Shown here in pieces: positions 25,721 to 38,813 of a stretch of DNA of 64,000 bases. Origin of the DNA: Squalus acanthias (lineage: Eukaryota); contig CM059440.1 of assembly GCA_030390025.1 (NCBI GenBank), positions 63,240,001 to 63,304,000 of the forward strand, written 5' to 3'. The notes beneath the pieces are model-generated. The model was not told the origin of the DNA. It searched no databases and was given only the letters and a program-made list of their open reading frames with translations. The translations under genes were made by a program, and so were the position numbers. Every line of letters starts with the position of its first letter. Within the stretch, counting starts at the first letter, position 1.

Positions 25721-27479
25721 TGTTTTAGCTGATGCATATTTCTGTTCTGTAGTGAATACAGTCACCACTGCAAAAGTAGCAATAGAGTGAATGGCCGTGA
25801 TGTGGGGGCAGTGATGTGTGAGGTTTAATTCGGGCGAGGGAAACAAGTTTTCTTTTTTTTACCTCTTTCCCTAAGAACATTAAGCTGTAAATGCTAATTA
25901 ATCACTGCAGATAAATAGCAACAATCATCCACTGCAATGTACCCTTCCAAAATTGCAAGGATTATACAAACTAGAGATATTTGAGTTTTTAAAATCAAAC
26001 TTCCATGCTACATTAGCCCTTATGTCAGAAATATTTTCATCTCTGAATTGCACCTTTATCAAATGAGAGGATCAGTTTCTAAACTTCTAAAATTGAAGAA
26101 ATAATATATATTTGATTCAGAAGCTTCTAGGAATAAAAATGAGAACATCGTGGCTTTTTGGTCCTCAATGTTCTGGCAGTCTTGAGATTTATTTGAATTT
26201 CTTTGGTAATCTGATAAGTGATGTCATTTATTGGGTTACCCTCGGGTTCAAGAAACTCAAACTCTTGGAATTGCTCAGACCCCTGGCTTGCTGCTTATTG
26301 ATCTTATTGAATGGCGGAGCATGCTCGAAGGGCCGAATGGCCTACTCCCGCTCCTATTTCTTATGTTATAAACAAAAAGGATAAAGTCAATGGATTATAC
26401 AGTGGACACCACAGGTGACATCTATACTTCTGTAGCGGCGTCTCCTGTATGCATAAGAAAACTGTTCATTGTAAAAAGTGAGTGCCAATTTTTGTAAACT
26501 GCACACACAATTAAAGCTGTTAATTCACCAAAGGCTGTTAAACGTTCCGACGCTTATGGTGTGAAATAAACACTGCACAGTACCAGTAAGACTGAGTGGG
26601 ACACATTTTGTAAATGGGGAGAAGTCTTTTAGGGTTTCCAACCATTAATGTCTCCTTGCTTTAAGGATCTGTTTGTGCAAGAGGGGAAATGTGGTTTTGT
26701 GACACTAGGCTATAAATCCAACTCGTGCTCTCCTTAGGCAATGACTTCTGATGCCCAGAATGCATGTTTTTTTTTTCTTTCCCATTTCTGTCCTGGTTGT
26801 ACCAGGAGGATATCTTGTAATTACCACTTGCACTGGCGTTGCAAAAAACTTTTAATAAATCACAAGTGCCAATCACCTCAACACATGCATCATCACATGA
26901 GATGCATTCTGCAGCATGTAGTCTGGACTCCCAGACTAGTTTGCAGTTGTACTGTGATCTATAAGGTCAGCGTGATGTTCCATTCTTTGCCAGTTCGAAC
27001 TGGCCGTACTGGAATCTGCACTTTGTCCAAATAATGAGTTCTGGTGTAAGCCATGGAGTGTAAGTGAAGTGTAAATGTGCCCCAGCTGGGCAACCTGCTT
27101 GTGGGTTTCACATCCTGGGAAAGTGACATTTTGCAATTCCCCGATGTCTGGAGCTGTGTAAATCGGTTACAGTGCAGACTGATGCACAAAAATGGTAGCG
27201 GTGAGAAAAATGAAAATGCTCAGGTGAGCTAAGCTAACGAGAAAACGAACCACGAGGGATGTGTCCCAGGAGAAAGGCATATGTTAGGATAACAGGAGAG
27301 ACATGATTGTAGGCTTAATTACAACTGGATTTTGCCAATGCAATTTGCAGTAGTTAGTTCTCAAATTTGATCTAACTTTGGGAAAAAATGATCCATGGTA
27401 TTTATTCTTTGGGGTTTGTTTTGCGCATTAAGAACAGTTTTAAAAGGATATATTTAAGAATCTTTTACCAATGCAAAAA

Positions 27480-27695
27480 AGCCGGCGGGGAGATGAGGAG
27501 AAATTTTTTTATTCAGCAAGTTATGATCTGGAATGCACTGCCTGAAAGGGAAGTAGATTCAATATTAACTTTCAAAAGGGAATTGGATAAATACTTGAAA
27601 AGCCTATGGGGAAAGAACAGGGGAGTGGCACTAATTGGATAGCTCTTTCAGAGAGCCAGCACAGGCACAATGGGCCGAATGGCGGCCTCCTGTGC
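27480..27695 (+). mobile_element. CR1-type LINE 3' end
   Basis: GEMRRNFF...IWNALPE...FKRELDKYL coding remnant plus 3' UTR. Confidence 0.8.
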
Positions 27696-28894
27696 TCATT
27701 CTATGTTTATGTAATAAATCAGTCTCTTTCTCATTGGCTCGTTCCCTTTCCCTCCTGAAGGTGTTGACTGGGGTGCAGTTTGAGAACACACCCCCCCCTC
27801 CCCCCAAGGATAACACACTAAGGTTATATAATATCGCACCAGAATACCAGAATGCATAAAAGTACAAAACAGTATGACTGCTGATATATGTAATAAATAT
27901 AAAGATTGAAACAAATCTGCAGATAGTGTGTTGTAAACTCATTCAAAGCTAGTGTTCCTAAGCCACAGTGACGCACCAGTGAATGGCAATCGCAAAAGAT
28001 TTCTTTAGTTTTAAATGTAACTATAATTCAGCATTTCTAAGCAGTTGGGTCTGAATGACCAGCGTCAGTGTATGCACACACTACCCTGTGTAGGAGTGGC
28101 TGGCTGAGTGCCCTCTTGCTATGCCCTGAAACCTGTCGAGGTAAGCACCATTGGAGCTGTGTAAATGTGAAATCAGCCCCAATAAAACAAAGCAAACGAT
28201 TGATTTCAATGCAGCCCAGAATAAACTTGTCATCCAGGGTCTGAGGTTACTCACCTTGCCAACAATCCCTGTTGAATAAACTTGTCAAAAGATTAGCAGG
28301 ATTCTGTCTGTGACTTGTCCATAATATTTGGAGTTTTACTTTTTGGCCGTAGAAAAATAAATTGGCATTTTGTTGATAAAATAATTCCCAGGTTGTTTCC
28401 ACCATCTCTCTCTTCTCCCCCTAAATAGATGGTGGAAGAGAGGGGCAGAAGAACAGAAGTAAATGTCACGCTTTTTAAAGCTTCTTTCATTTGAAAAAAT
28501 TAAGTTAGTATATTAGGGTAAAATTGAAGTTCGAATGACAGATTGGGGAATGACTGGAACAGCAGGTTTAAAAAGTGACCACAGGGTGAGCTGAAATGTT
28601 ATTTTGTCTAAAATGTTTACAGTTGAGATTAAGGTAGTAAGTTATTTTTGATAGGGATGGCGTTATCACTAAAGAGCCTTTTCATTGTTAGCACGAGCTA
28701 AAAACATGCCAAACTGGTTAGTCCAGGAAGACAGGAAAAAATAATTCGAAAATTAGGCATTTGGAGTGACACATATTTCGTTTTATTTTCCTTGTCCAAA
28801 TTTGCTCCTATCCATGGCTTTTTTTGGGGGGTTGGGTGCAAGGTTTCATGGGTTCCTCTTGCCTCATCCTAAATGGGCATTCATTACCTAAAGA

Positions 28895-29345
28895 CTTAAG
28901 AACATATGAAAAATGATAGACAGGAAAAAGACCTTCTGGTCCATCCAGCCTGTCCCACACAGTAGTGATGTTTTGTGCATAACAATACAGACACTCCCCA
29001 CCCCACCTCTCGGAGCCATGTAATCTCCTGGGAGAGGCGAAAAACCAGATTAAAAACCCAGGCCAATTGGGGGAAAAGCTCTCGAATTCCTCACTGATGC
29101 CCTTAGGCCATCAAAGCCAGTCCAGGAGTCCGCCCTGGTCCTGATTAGCACAATGTACCTACCTCTTGTACAAGGTGATCTCCCTCCACCCCAGCCAGAA
29201 AGAGGTTGAAGGAATTCAGTGAGCTGGTAACCTGTTCCACAGGTCCACTATTCTCTGATATAAAGAAACACCTCCTGGCATCTAACCTAGTTCTGCCCTG
29301 ACATAACTTGTAAGAGTGGCCCCAGGTCCTCCTTAACCTATTCAG
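28895..29345 (-). mobile_element. Probable LINE 3' fragment (CR1-like, different subfamily)
   Basis: TAAGAACAT...CTGGTCCATCCAGCCTGTCC terminus and minus-strand RGHSYKL / FFISENSGPVE-like remnant of the CR1 C-terminus. Confidence 0.45.
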
Positions 29346-30252
29346 TTGAATTAGTCAATGAATGGCAAGTTAATCTACTGTGGAAGCATTACATGTAGCC
29401 CTATACTTATCCAACACCCACACTTTCCAGCAGGGGCTACTGATGGCAATTAGGATTTTAAGCCTGAGCTGATATTTCATAACCCTCCTCTCATCTTCAT
29501 GTCCTTATTCTCTATCTCTTCCCCCCCCCCCCCCCCCCCCCCCCCCAACCACAAGCCCAGGGCACTGAGAGCAATTGTTGCATCCTCCTTGTCCTGGTCA
29601 ACATTTCTTCCTCAGTTGGGACCACCGAAAAGCAGATGAATTGGGCATTGATCTTGTTTGGTTGAGAGAACATGCTACATGCAAATTGTCTCCATGTTTT
29701 CCTACAAAGGTGGCAGCCTTTCAGAAGTAATTCATTGGTTGTGAAGTGTTTTGGAGTGTCCCGAGGATATTGGACATTGCTTAAAAGCAACTTTGTTCTT
29801 CATTTCCCACCTTTGCCAATAGATAATACAGCTCATACTAGACGTTGAGCCATCAACAGATTTTAATTTATCGTCGCCAATCAGAGAAAATTGGGTCCTA
29901 GGTTTATCAAGACCTGATTGATAATTAATAGAATCAAAGATTGTTCCAACACAGACACAGCCCATCGAGTCTGAGCCGGTTCTCCACATGAGTCACACAG
30001 TCCAATCCCCCTCTCCTGCTTGCTTCCCATAGCAATTTGGAAAAGAGGAATATTAAAGGATATCTATCTTCCCCTTTAAAAGAATTTACGGACTCTTGAT
30101 TCAACATTCTAACCGCCCAAGGTGTAAAGGTTTTTTCTCCACAGAATTTCTCTTTTTTTTATTTTAGTTGTGTGATTGTATTTTGTTGTCACTGAAACAT
30201 GAAGCAGCTTTGGGAAATATGTATTAATTGAATTGTTTCCTTTTCTTTACAG

Positions 30253-30276
30253 GAACGTCAAGGTCGTGTCAAGTAA
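30253..30276 (+). CDS. YTHDF2: YTHDF2 terminal coding exon 5 (ERQGRVK-stop)
   Basis: Strong acceptor TTTCCTTTTCTTTACAG; phase 0 continuation of ...VKK; matches the human C-terminus ERQGRGK. Confidence 0.93.
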   Translation, partial: ERQGRVK

Positions 30277-31165
30277 CGATGTATTCTCTGAAAATGTGAC
30301 GTCGACCTGAATGTCGTGTCCTGAATTTTCTTCAAGAAATTGAGTGATAATGAAGACCCCCCCCCCCCCTCCTCCCGTCCCTTCCTACCCGCCCACCCTC
30401 TTTCATTTTCAGTAAATTCTGCGACTTTCAGACTTGTAGTTGTCAAACTTAATCCTCTTCTATAGAACTATGGTAATGATAGCAAGAACTAGGTGGGGGG
30501 GAAAAAATGTTTAAAAATCCTTTCTCAACTATCGGTTGTGACTTTATAAAGTGGTACAACTTGTTTTCCTTCTGTTTAAAAAAAAAATTATTAAAAAAAA
30601 GAATCATTTTTTGATTTTTTATGGTCCGTGGGCTACATTTAAATGCATTTCCTGGGGAAAGAAACCAGCTGCCTCACAGCATCCGAATTGTCATCGCACA
30701 GCTGGGTCAGCACGTGGACAGATTCCTTCTCCGACTCACTCGAGAGGTTTCATTTATGGAGCCCAAATTGTTTCATCCAGGCCCTTTTGAGAGAGCCTCT
30801 TGCCCCACCTTTTCCTGAAAATGCTGCTCGTTTCGTTTTGAAAGCGCTCCGGGAAAGAGCGGTTACTTTTCTGTTTCTCCCTCCTTTTGTTGCAAAAAAT
30901 AAAAAAATGGTTACTGTTCACAAATGTTAAAGTGAGCAAGTTTTTTTTTAAATTGCTGCCAATTAAGTCTAAATCCACCTAATTAAAAAAAACAAGACTG
31001 GACTAAAGGAATACTGTAAAAGGAACCTTTTTGGACACTGAACTTTGAGAAACAAAAACTGCTTAGAATCTTTTTTCAGCCCTCATCAACAGTGAAAAGC
31101 TGGGAATTTACCCTTTCTTCATTATTAATCACTTCTCAGTAATAAATGTGATATCCTGTTCAGCA
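30277..31165 (+). other. YTHDF2: YTHDF2 3' UTR (about 0.9 kb)
   Basis: Repeat-free AU-rich sequence from the stop codon to AATAAA at 31141; interspersed repeats resume just afterwards. Confidence 0.7.
31141..31146 (+). terminator. Polyadenylation signal of YTHDF2
   Basis: AATAAA followed about 30-50 nt later by a GU/U-rich tract (GCGTTTGATGCTTTTTTTTGG). A second AATAAA lies at 30898-30903. Confidence 0.7.
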
Positions 31166-31391
31166 GAATGATTGCGTTTGATGCTTTTTTTTGGTCTTCA
31201 CCTCCCTTCCCTGTATTTGTTTTCATGTTGGTGTAGTAATAGGCTGTTGGGGGAGATTAGAGGGAGCTCTACTCTGCATCGGCTCTTGCTATACCTGACC
31301 TGGTAATGTTCAATGCTAACACAAGGTGCCTGAAACGGACTAACATCCCTCATCTTGAAGACAAAAATTCAGAGTGGGTGGGCGGGGAAAT

Positions 31392-31775
31392 CTCCAGAGA
31401 CTTGAGCACATAAGCCAGGCTGACACTTAAGATCAGTACTGAGGGAGTGCTGCACTGTCGGAGGTATTGTCTTTCAGATGAGATGTAAAACCAAGACCCC
31501 GTCTGCCCTCTCAGGTGGATGTAAAAGATCCCATGGCACTATTTGAAGAGGAGCAGGAGAGTTCCTGGCCAATATTTATCCTTCCACAAACACCACTAAA
31601 CCAGATAATCTGGTCATTTATCTTATTGCTGTTTGTGGGAGTTTGCTGTGCACAAAGTGGCTGCAGCATTTCCTACATCACAACAGTGACTACACTTCAA
31701 AATTATTTAATTGGCTGTAAAGCGCTTTGGGACGTCCTGAGGTGGCGAATGACTCTATATAAATGCAAGTTTGTT
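31392..31775 (+). mobile_element. Deu-domain SINE (SacSINE1-like), well preserved
   Basis: CAGTACTGAGGGAGTGCTGCACTGTCGGAGG, GATGAGATGTAAAACC...GATCCCATGGCACT core and TATATAAATGCAAGT tail. Confidence 0.8.
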
Positions 31776-31864
31776 CTTTCTATTATGTCAAATTTTTGAT
31801 GTACCCATTGATTCGGGCTCTGGGTGTTCCCATGAATTGGATCTTCAGTGTATTGCAGTCTGTT

Positions 31865-32160
31865 CCTGCCCCAGACCAATGGGGTTAAAGTTTGCTCTCT
31901 CTCTGGCAGTCACAATCCAGTTCCCAGTGGGTCTGTGTCCGTAACACAAAACGACCTAATTCAACATTGCCAGTCTTGCTCAGAGGGGGCTGTACGAGTG
32001 CTGATGTGGGAAATGCAAAATGTTGCAGTGCTAGGATGGTGGTCTGCTGCTAGGTCAGATTAGAGGGAGCTCTACTCGGCATCTATCTCTTGCTGAGAAT
32101 GTTTGGCACCAGGTGCTAAAATGGGCGAACGTCCCTCATTTTGAGCACACAGATTCAGGG
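31865..32160 (+). mobile_element. LF-SINE-like fragment
   Basis: TCCAGTTCCCAGTGGGTCTGTGTCCGTAACACAAAAC resembles the LF-SINE core as recalled; its tail is shared with 31240-31370 and 13070-13215. Confidence 0.4.
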
Positions 32161-34464
32161 AAGGAAAAAAATCCTGATTGTAATCTGAGCTGTTGGTTTC
32201 TTTAACGTTGGGATTACATTTCTCTTATGGAACTGTACATCTAGGGATGCACAATCTTTACAGTAAAATACCACTGCACCACCTGCGATGAGCAAAGTAT
32301 TGCATATCCATGCATGTAAGTAGTGAAATTTGCATGCCTTTTGGGGGGTAAAAGGGCGGGGGGCGCTGCTTTATACACCCGTCGTCCCAGTGGAGCAATT
32401 TCTGCGCAGGTGATGGGAGCCAGCGGCACCTTGCGATTGTGTTTCTGTCAGTTGTTCTCCTGCCTCTTTGGCACCGTGATACTTAAATGGCAATTCTTTG
32501 TCCCAACTCCTCGCTTCACATCTGATTTAAAATCAGAGACAGTCCAGCAGGGAAGACTTTGGCAGGGAAGAAGGTAAGCTTTGAGGGGGGGAAGCACTCC
32601 TGCTCCTCCTAGCCCACAAGCAGTGCTGTCAAGGCACTTAATTTTTCCCCGAAGCTGTCCTCGCCTCCCTTGAGCTGCCGGGTTTGGGAAACCCGGCCGG
32701 CCAGGGTTAAACCTGTAAGACAGGTTAAATATGAGGCCCCCCCGCCTCATTATAAAATTTAAAGGTCCAACCCGTATCCTGGGAGCGGGTTGGTTGCCCA
32801 TCCCGTCTCTGTTAAACTGGAAGTGGGCGGGTTGGGGTCGGGTTTGTGGCTTTTAAAATTTTTACATCTCACCCAACCCCAACCCACCTGTTTTTGGGGG
32901 TTAAAATTACCCCCAACATATCTGAACACTGGTGAGAATTATGATGGATAAAAGCTTTGCAATGTTAACACTTAGGAGTCATGTATTTCCATTTTATCTT
33001 GGAATTTGAGCAGTCACCTTCTGTGAGTATTTACGGTTACAGTATTTTTGCCGAGGAGGAGAGCATGTTATGTGAGCCCATAATGTTTTTTTTCTTAAAT
33101 TCCACTTGCACACAGTTCTATTGATCAGGTATTTGACCTTGCTCCCGTCCATACTGTGGCTGTGAGGCAGAGATTTTGTTCCAGAGCCTCCTATTGCTGC
33201 TTTGTAACAGGCTGATGTTTGGTGACTGACCCAGTGAGAATTACCACTGGTGTTTTGTCCTTCCCTCCCTGTGGGGGTCACCCATCCTCAGCTCAGTATC
33301 TTTCCCACAGGGGAGATAAAAACTGAGAATTGAAACTCAGCGTGCAAGGAATTCCAGATCACACCCAGGCCACTCAGCGGTGTCATTAGAAGGCCACTTC
33401 TTTCGGAAACTTCTGTGGTAAAGCTCCAGTATAGAGATTATTCAAGCTTTTGGGGTTCATGTGGTGTCTGTGCTGAAACTGGGAATCAACCCTGATGCTG
33501 TGTTGATTGTATTGATCCATCAGCTCGATTTAGGGCCTATGTGAAAAGTTGCTCATCAGCTTTTGCAAGATCAAACTCTCTGGTGGTATGTCATCATACT
33601 GCTGTGGCTCATGGGCAGCAATTCAATCGGGTAACTGTCCCTCTATATAATAGATTAAAAATCTCACGTCTGTAGGCACTTCCATTATAAATTCCTATGT
33701 AAACCTTTATAATAGGAACTGCCTATGTAAACTGTCACGCTGTAATTGCAAGCTCCTACCAATGGTGATGCCGTAGCCCCTCAGTTTTGCGACTCCCAGC
33801 CCCTCAGCCTGTACTGCAGAAAACTTTCGTGCTCCAACCAACTCTACTCTGCTTTGCAAATTGCTGCAGGTTTTGCTGTTTAACTATAAATGCAATGTAA
33901 AATCAAAGTGTGATAGGAAAATAAGGAGAGTATGACTTGAAAATGGGGACTGAATCCTGTCTGTGCGTGCTGATCTAATTATCTCCTGCCCTCCAATTCA
34001 CCTGAAGCCTACATTTGGTCTCGAGTCCCCGAATGCAATGTCATGGGAGCTGGACTACTTCCTATAGCTACTTAAATAGACCCTACAAAATGCAGTTGTC
34101 AATTTTCTAAATCGCAGCCTGCCCATGGTTTACCTCCAACTGCTGTAGGTCTTTATGTGCTGTTGAAAGCTGGTAGTGCTGTATTTACCTGCTGTGTGTT
34201 ACGCTAGCAAGACTTTTGGGCAACTTTTTTCTCGACTTACATAATTGCTCACTTACTAACAGACAGATAACAGCTAGTTGCATTGCAAAATTAGTTACTG
34301 CCACACCAATGTAAATGTTACAGCCATAAAGTTGGGTGGTTGAATTTTTATAAAATCACTGCGTGCGAGTCTTGCTTTCTTCTCAGACCTGTCGATTATA
34401 AAGTGTGCTGGATTTATAGTAAGTGTTACCTTTGATTTCAGAATAAGCCACCGAGTCCTGGTTA

Positions 34465-34900
34465 GAATTTACAGCACAGATACAGTCCATTCCAGACAAC
34501 TGGTCTATACACACGAGCCTCCTCCAACTCTACTTCATCTCACCCTATCAGCATATCCTTCTATTCCTTTCTCCCTCATGTGTTTATCTAGCTTCCCCTT
34601 AAATGCATCTATGCTATGCGCCTCAACCATTCCCTGTGGTAGCGAATTCCACATTCTCACCACTCTCTGGGTAAAGAAGTCTCCCCTAAATTCCCTATTG
34701 GATTTATTAGTGACTATCTTATATTTATGGCCTCCAGTTTTGGTCTCCCCCACATTTTCTCTATGTCTACCCTATCAAACCCTTTCATAATTTTAAAGAC
34801 CTCCATCAGGTCACCCCCTCAACCTCTTTTCTAGAGAAAGGAGCCCCAGCCGGTTCAGTCTTTCCTGATAGTTGTAACCTCTCGGTTCTGGGATCAGCCT
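34465..34900 (-). mobile_element. CR1-type LINE 3' end
   Basis: Minus-strand ORF GHKYKIVTNKSNREFRGDFFTQRVVRMWNSLP. Confidence 0.85.
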
Positions 34901-35734
34901 TGTAGAACAATGCTTTCTCCGCTGGGGCTGGGATTTGACTCAAACAAATTCATGAACTCTTAAGATTATTACAGGAATAATACATAGAAACATAGAAGAT
35001 AGGAGCAGGAGTAGGCCATTCGGCCCCTCTAGCCTGCTCCGCCATTCAATGCGATCATGGCTGATCATCCAAATTCAGAACCCTATCCCTGCTTTCTCCC
35101 CATATCCCTTGATCCCTTTAGCCTTAATCTATAATAGATTTATATTCAGAATATCAAATGCAATCATACAGAAATTAACTTCAGTAATCTGGATTTGTAA
35201 ATTTCTGGAGATAAAATCGCAAGTGAGCTTGAGAAGTGTTCAAGGTTGAAGGTTTTGCACACTTGTCCTTAGTTCTACATTCTGTTTAGATGAGTTGTGG
35301 GCATTTGCAGGTTGGTTGGTTTGCTTTAAAGGTGCAATTACCATTTACAAATGTGAAGAATTTGTTTTTGAGGTAAATCTCTGTAATGTGTCTTAATTTT
35401 TTTTTCTTTCTCCCAACTCTGCTGAATCTGAGCGGATCCGTGCTGGAGTATGATGTTATCATCGCCAAGGACCCATCTTTCATAGGCGAATCGGAATGTG
35501 TTGGGAGGCCTGCCAGGACTGTGCAGGAGTTACTGGATAATAATCAGGAACCCAGGCTGACTTTTCTGTCCTTCCCCCCACCCCCCACAACTGCTCCCCC
35601 TCGCCTTCTCTCCCTACAGCCTGGAGACACTGAGAACAATTGTAGTACCCTCGCAACACAGGCTGAAATCAAGCTACCTCAGCACAAACCCTGGCAACAG
35701 CTTGGGCTGTATGGGCTCCCACAAACACCAACGT

Positions 35735-36035
35735 GATAATGATAAGATAATCTGTTTTGGGTGATGTTAATTGAAGGATAAATGTTGACCAGGACACTGA
35801 GAGACTCGCCTGCTCTTTAAATAGTGCCGTGGGATCTTTTGCATTCACCTGAGAAGGTGGGCAGAGCTTCAGTTTAACACTCCATCTGAAAGACGGCGCC
35901 TCCGACAGTGCAGCACTCCCTCAGTACTGTTCTGGGAGTGTCAGCCTGGATTTTGTGCTCAAGTTTCTAGAGTGGGGCTTGAACCCACAACCTTCTAACT
36001 CCAAGGCAAGAGTGCGACCCACTGAGCCAAGGCAG
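35735..36035 (-). mobile_element. Deu-domain SINE 5' part including tRNA-derived head
   Basis: Minus strand TGGCTCAGTGGG...GGTTGTGGGTTCAAGCCCC (A/B-box-like) followed by the SINE body. Confidence 0.8.
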
Positions 36036-36149
36036 CCACTAGGAGCAATTAAATAGGTGAGCCAGTGGCCCAATCACCCATTTCCTTTAGTACTGTACTC
36101 TTGGTTAAATGGCATTAGGGTCAGCAGCCCTTGAGTGCCTTAATCCTAA

Positions 36150-36347
36150 CTAATTCCCTCCCTAAACATCTCCGCCTCTCGACCTCTCCTCCTGAAAGAC
36201 GGTCCTTAAAACCTACCTCTTTGACCAAGCTTTTGGCCACCTGTCCTTATAGGTCCTGCTTGGTGTCAAATTTTGTCTGCTAACGCTCCTGCGAAGCACC
36301 TTGGGATGTTTTACTATATTAAAGGTGCTATATAAATGCAAGTTGTT
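36150..36347 (+). mobile_element. L2-type 3' tail
   Basis: Same sequence as 4866-5043. Confidence 0.7.
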
Positions 36348-36864
36348 AAAAAGCATCCCTTGTTAGCACCTTAGCATCATCTTCAATCATGAAAACAGAT
36401 GCAAAGTATTCATTTAGCACTTTAGTTTTATCCAAATGCTCGACATGTCTCAAGTCTCTCAAGCAATGCACACACCAGTGAACGCAGTGGGTTGGGCAGT
36501 TTTTGATACGCCGTGCAATTCTAAATTTGCTGTCCAGGTGGTCTCAGTTCTACAGTGATTGTTGTAACATACAGGAGGTTTGTGATCACCGCGAGCCACG
36601 GCTGACAGTGTACGGGAGATGTGTTCCGCAGCACGGGACTCTGCCAGATTTTTGCCTTTGTGGAACATTTAAATGTGTAGCGTGGAGTCTTGGGGACCAC
36701 ACATAAAGTTTAAATCCCAGTTCTCATTAATTTTCCATTTATCTCAAGCTGCTGATATTAAAGGAGCTTGGGGTTCTGATTTAGGATGTATTGAGCAGTG
36801 TGCCAACAGCCTTTTACAAATGTCCAGGCCCATGAACTTTAAATAGGACAAAAATAGTGAATAA

Positions 36865-37140
36865 AAAACTGTTTCCAGTAGTAGGAGGGTTGGTAACCAG
36901 AGGACACAGATTTAAGATAATTGGCAAAAAAATCCAGGGGGAGATGAGGATAATTTTTTTTAAGCAGCGAATTGTTATGATCTGGAATACACTGCCTGAA
37001 TGGATGGGTGGAAGCAGATTCAAGAGTAACTTTCAAAAGGGAATTAGATAAATACTTGAAAAGGAAAGATTTGCAGGGCTATGGGGAAAGAGCAGGGGAG
37101 TGGGGCTAATTGGATAGCTCTTTCACAGGCATGATGGGCT
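36865..37140 (+). mobile_element. CR1-type LINE 3' end
   Basis: KLFP...TRGHRFKIIGK...QRIVMIWNTLPE. Confidence 0.85.
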
Positions 37141-37822
37141 TCCTAACATCCTATATTGTGAGCCCATTGAATTAAGTACCAATTGGTTTGAAACTAATAC
37201 CAACATAAAATATTGGCTTTGGTCGTACTGGACGGTAGCTTCTTGCTCAGTTCAACAACCCCCCCCCCCCCCTCCCTGCCCCCCGGTATAAAGGAACTCA
37301 TGACACAGCTTGAAGTACTTTATTTCTGTCACCAGAGGGAGCCACTCTCCAACTTTCTGATGTGTGTTACACTTGTCTCTGATCTGAGGCAGCATCACCA
37401 CTCCTAACATCTGTCTCTTTGTTGGTGCAGTAGGACCATGGATCCAACCAACACTATCGTGAGGGAGCATTATAGAAAATAATACTGACTTGAGTTGGCC
37501 TTTGGTCGATATATGTACAGCTATGCATGCACACACAAGCCTGCAATCAATAAGGGACACCCACATGCAACTTTCTAATTCATTTTGTGCCTGTCCATTA
37601 TCTTGGGCGATGTGCTCTGCTCTCATTATAACAGTCCTCAGTAGACAAGCATTTATTGCATTATAATGAGCTGCACATTATAGTTAATTCTCCTTCACAT
37701 AGCATATTGTGTTAACATTAAAATATTGGCTGTACCCAGCAATCTTCCATGGTCGAAATGCTAGAATGGAAAGTGATTTTATTCTCTTTGTTGCCAACTT
37801 TGTCTGGGAGGGAGGGGATGGA

Positions 37823-38402
37823 CATGTGACATCACGAATCCAGCTACACAGTCAGTGTGTGACATCACAGATCCAGCTACACGATAGGTGTATGACATCA
37901 CAGATGCAGCTGCACGATAGATGTATGACATCACAGAGCCAGCTACACGATCGGTGTGTGACATCACAGATCCAGCTACACGATCAGTGCGTGACATCAC
38001 AGATCCAGCTACACGATTGGTGTGTGGCATCACAGATCCAGCTACACGATCAGTGCGTGACATCACAGATCCAGCTACACGATCAGTGTGTGACATCACA
38101 GATCCAGCTACAGGATCAGTGCGTGACATCACAGATCCAGCTACACGATCGGTGTGTGACATCAGAGATCCAGCTACACGATCAGTGCGTGACATCACAG
38201 ATCCAGCTACACGATCGGTGTGTGACATCAGAGATCCAGCTACACGATTGGTGTGTGACATCAAAGATCCAGCTACACGATCGGTGTGTGACATCAGAGA
38301 TCCAGCTACACGATTGGTGTGTGACATCAAAGATCCAGCTACACGATCGGTGTGTGACATCAGAGATCCAGCTACACGATTGGTGTGTGACATCACAGAT
38401 CC
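37823..38402. repeat. 33-bp minisatellite, about 17 copies
   Basis: Unit GTGACATCACAGATCCAGCTACACGATCGGTGT with minor variants. Confidence 0.95.
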
Positions 38403-38771
38403 ACTCTATCCCCAAAGCTCTGAACTCTTTCGACTCTGTTCCTTCTTCCTATCAATGGCCTCATCCACTCACATACACCCCTATCCACTCTTTTGCTGAT
38501 AATTCCATTCATTTTTCATCACCTTCCTTGAGATCACACAGTTTCAGTGTTCACACCCTCCAGGTTTCTCCTAGTGCAATATCTCTACCCAGTGCACATT
38601 TGTCTCCTCCATTGCTCCCTAATGGACCAATGAAAATCTCTTTCAGTTCTTCAAAGAAAGTTTCTTCATGTCTCTCACAAGTCCAACCAACAACCCCCAT
38701 CTTCTCCCTTTGAGGCCCAGCATTTAGTTCCTGTTGATCAATTGACATAATTGGCCTCCTGAGGTGTCAGC

Positions 38772-38773
38772 AC

Positions 38774-38813
<40 letters not shown>

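Noticed and set aside
30277-31165. miR-124 target site in the YTHDF2 3' UTR (local feedback loop)
   Set aside because: I found no GTGCCT(T) seed match in the UTR by eye.
37709-38713. Long repetitive ORFs on both strands (334, 205 and 192 aa), and possible CRISPR-like array
   Set aside because: They come from the 33-bp tandem repeat, which is open in several frames; there are no unique spacers or cas genes, and the DNA is vertebrate.
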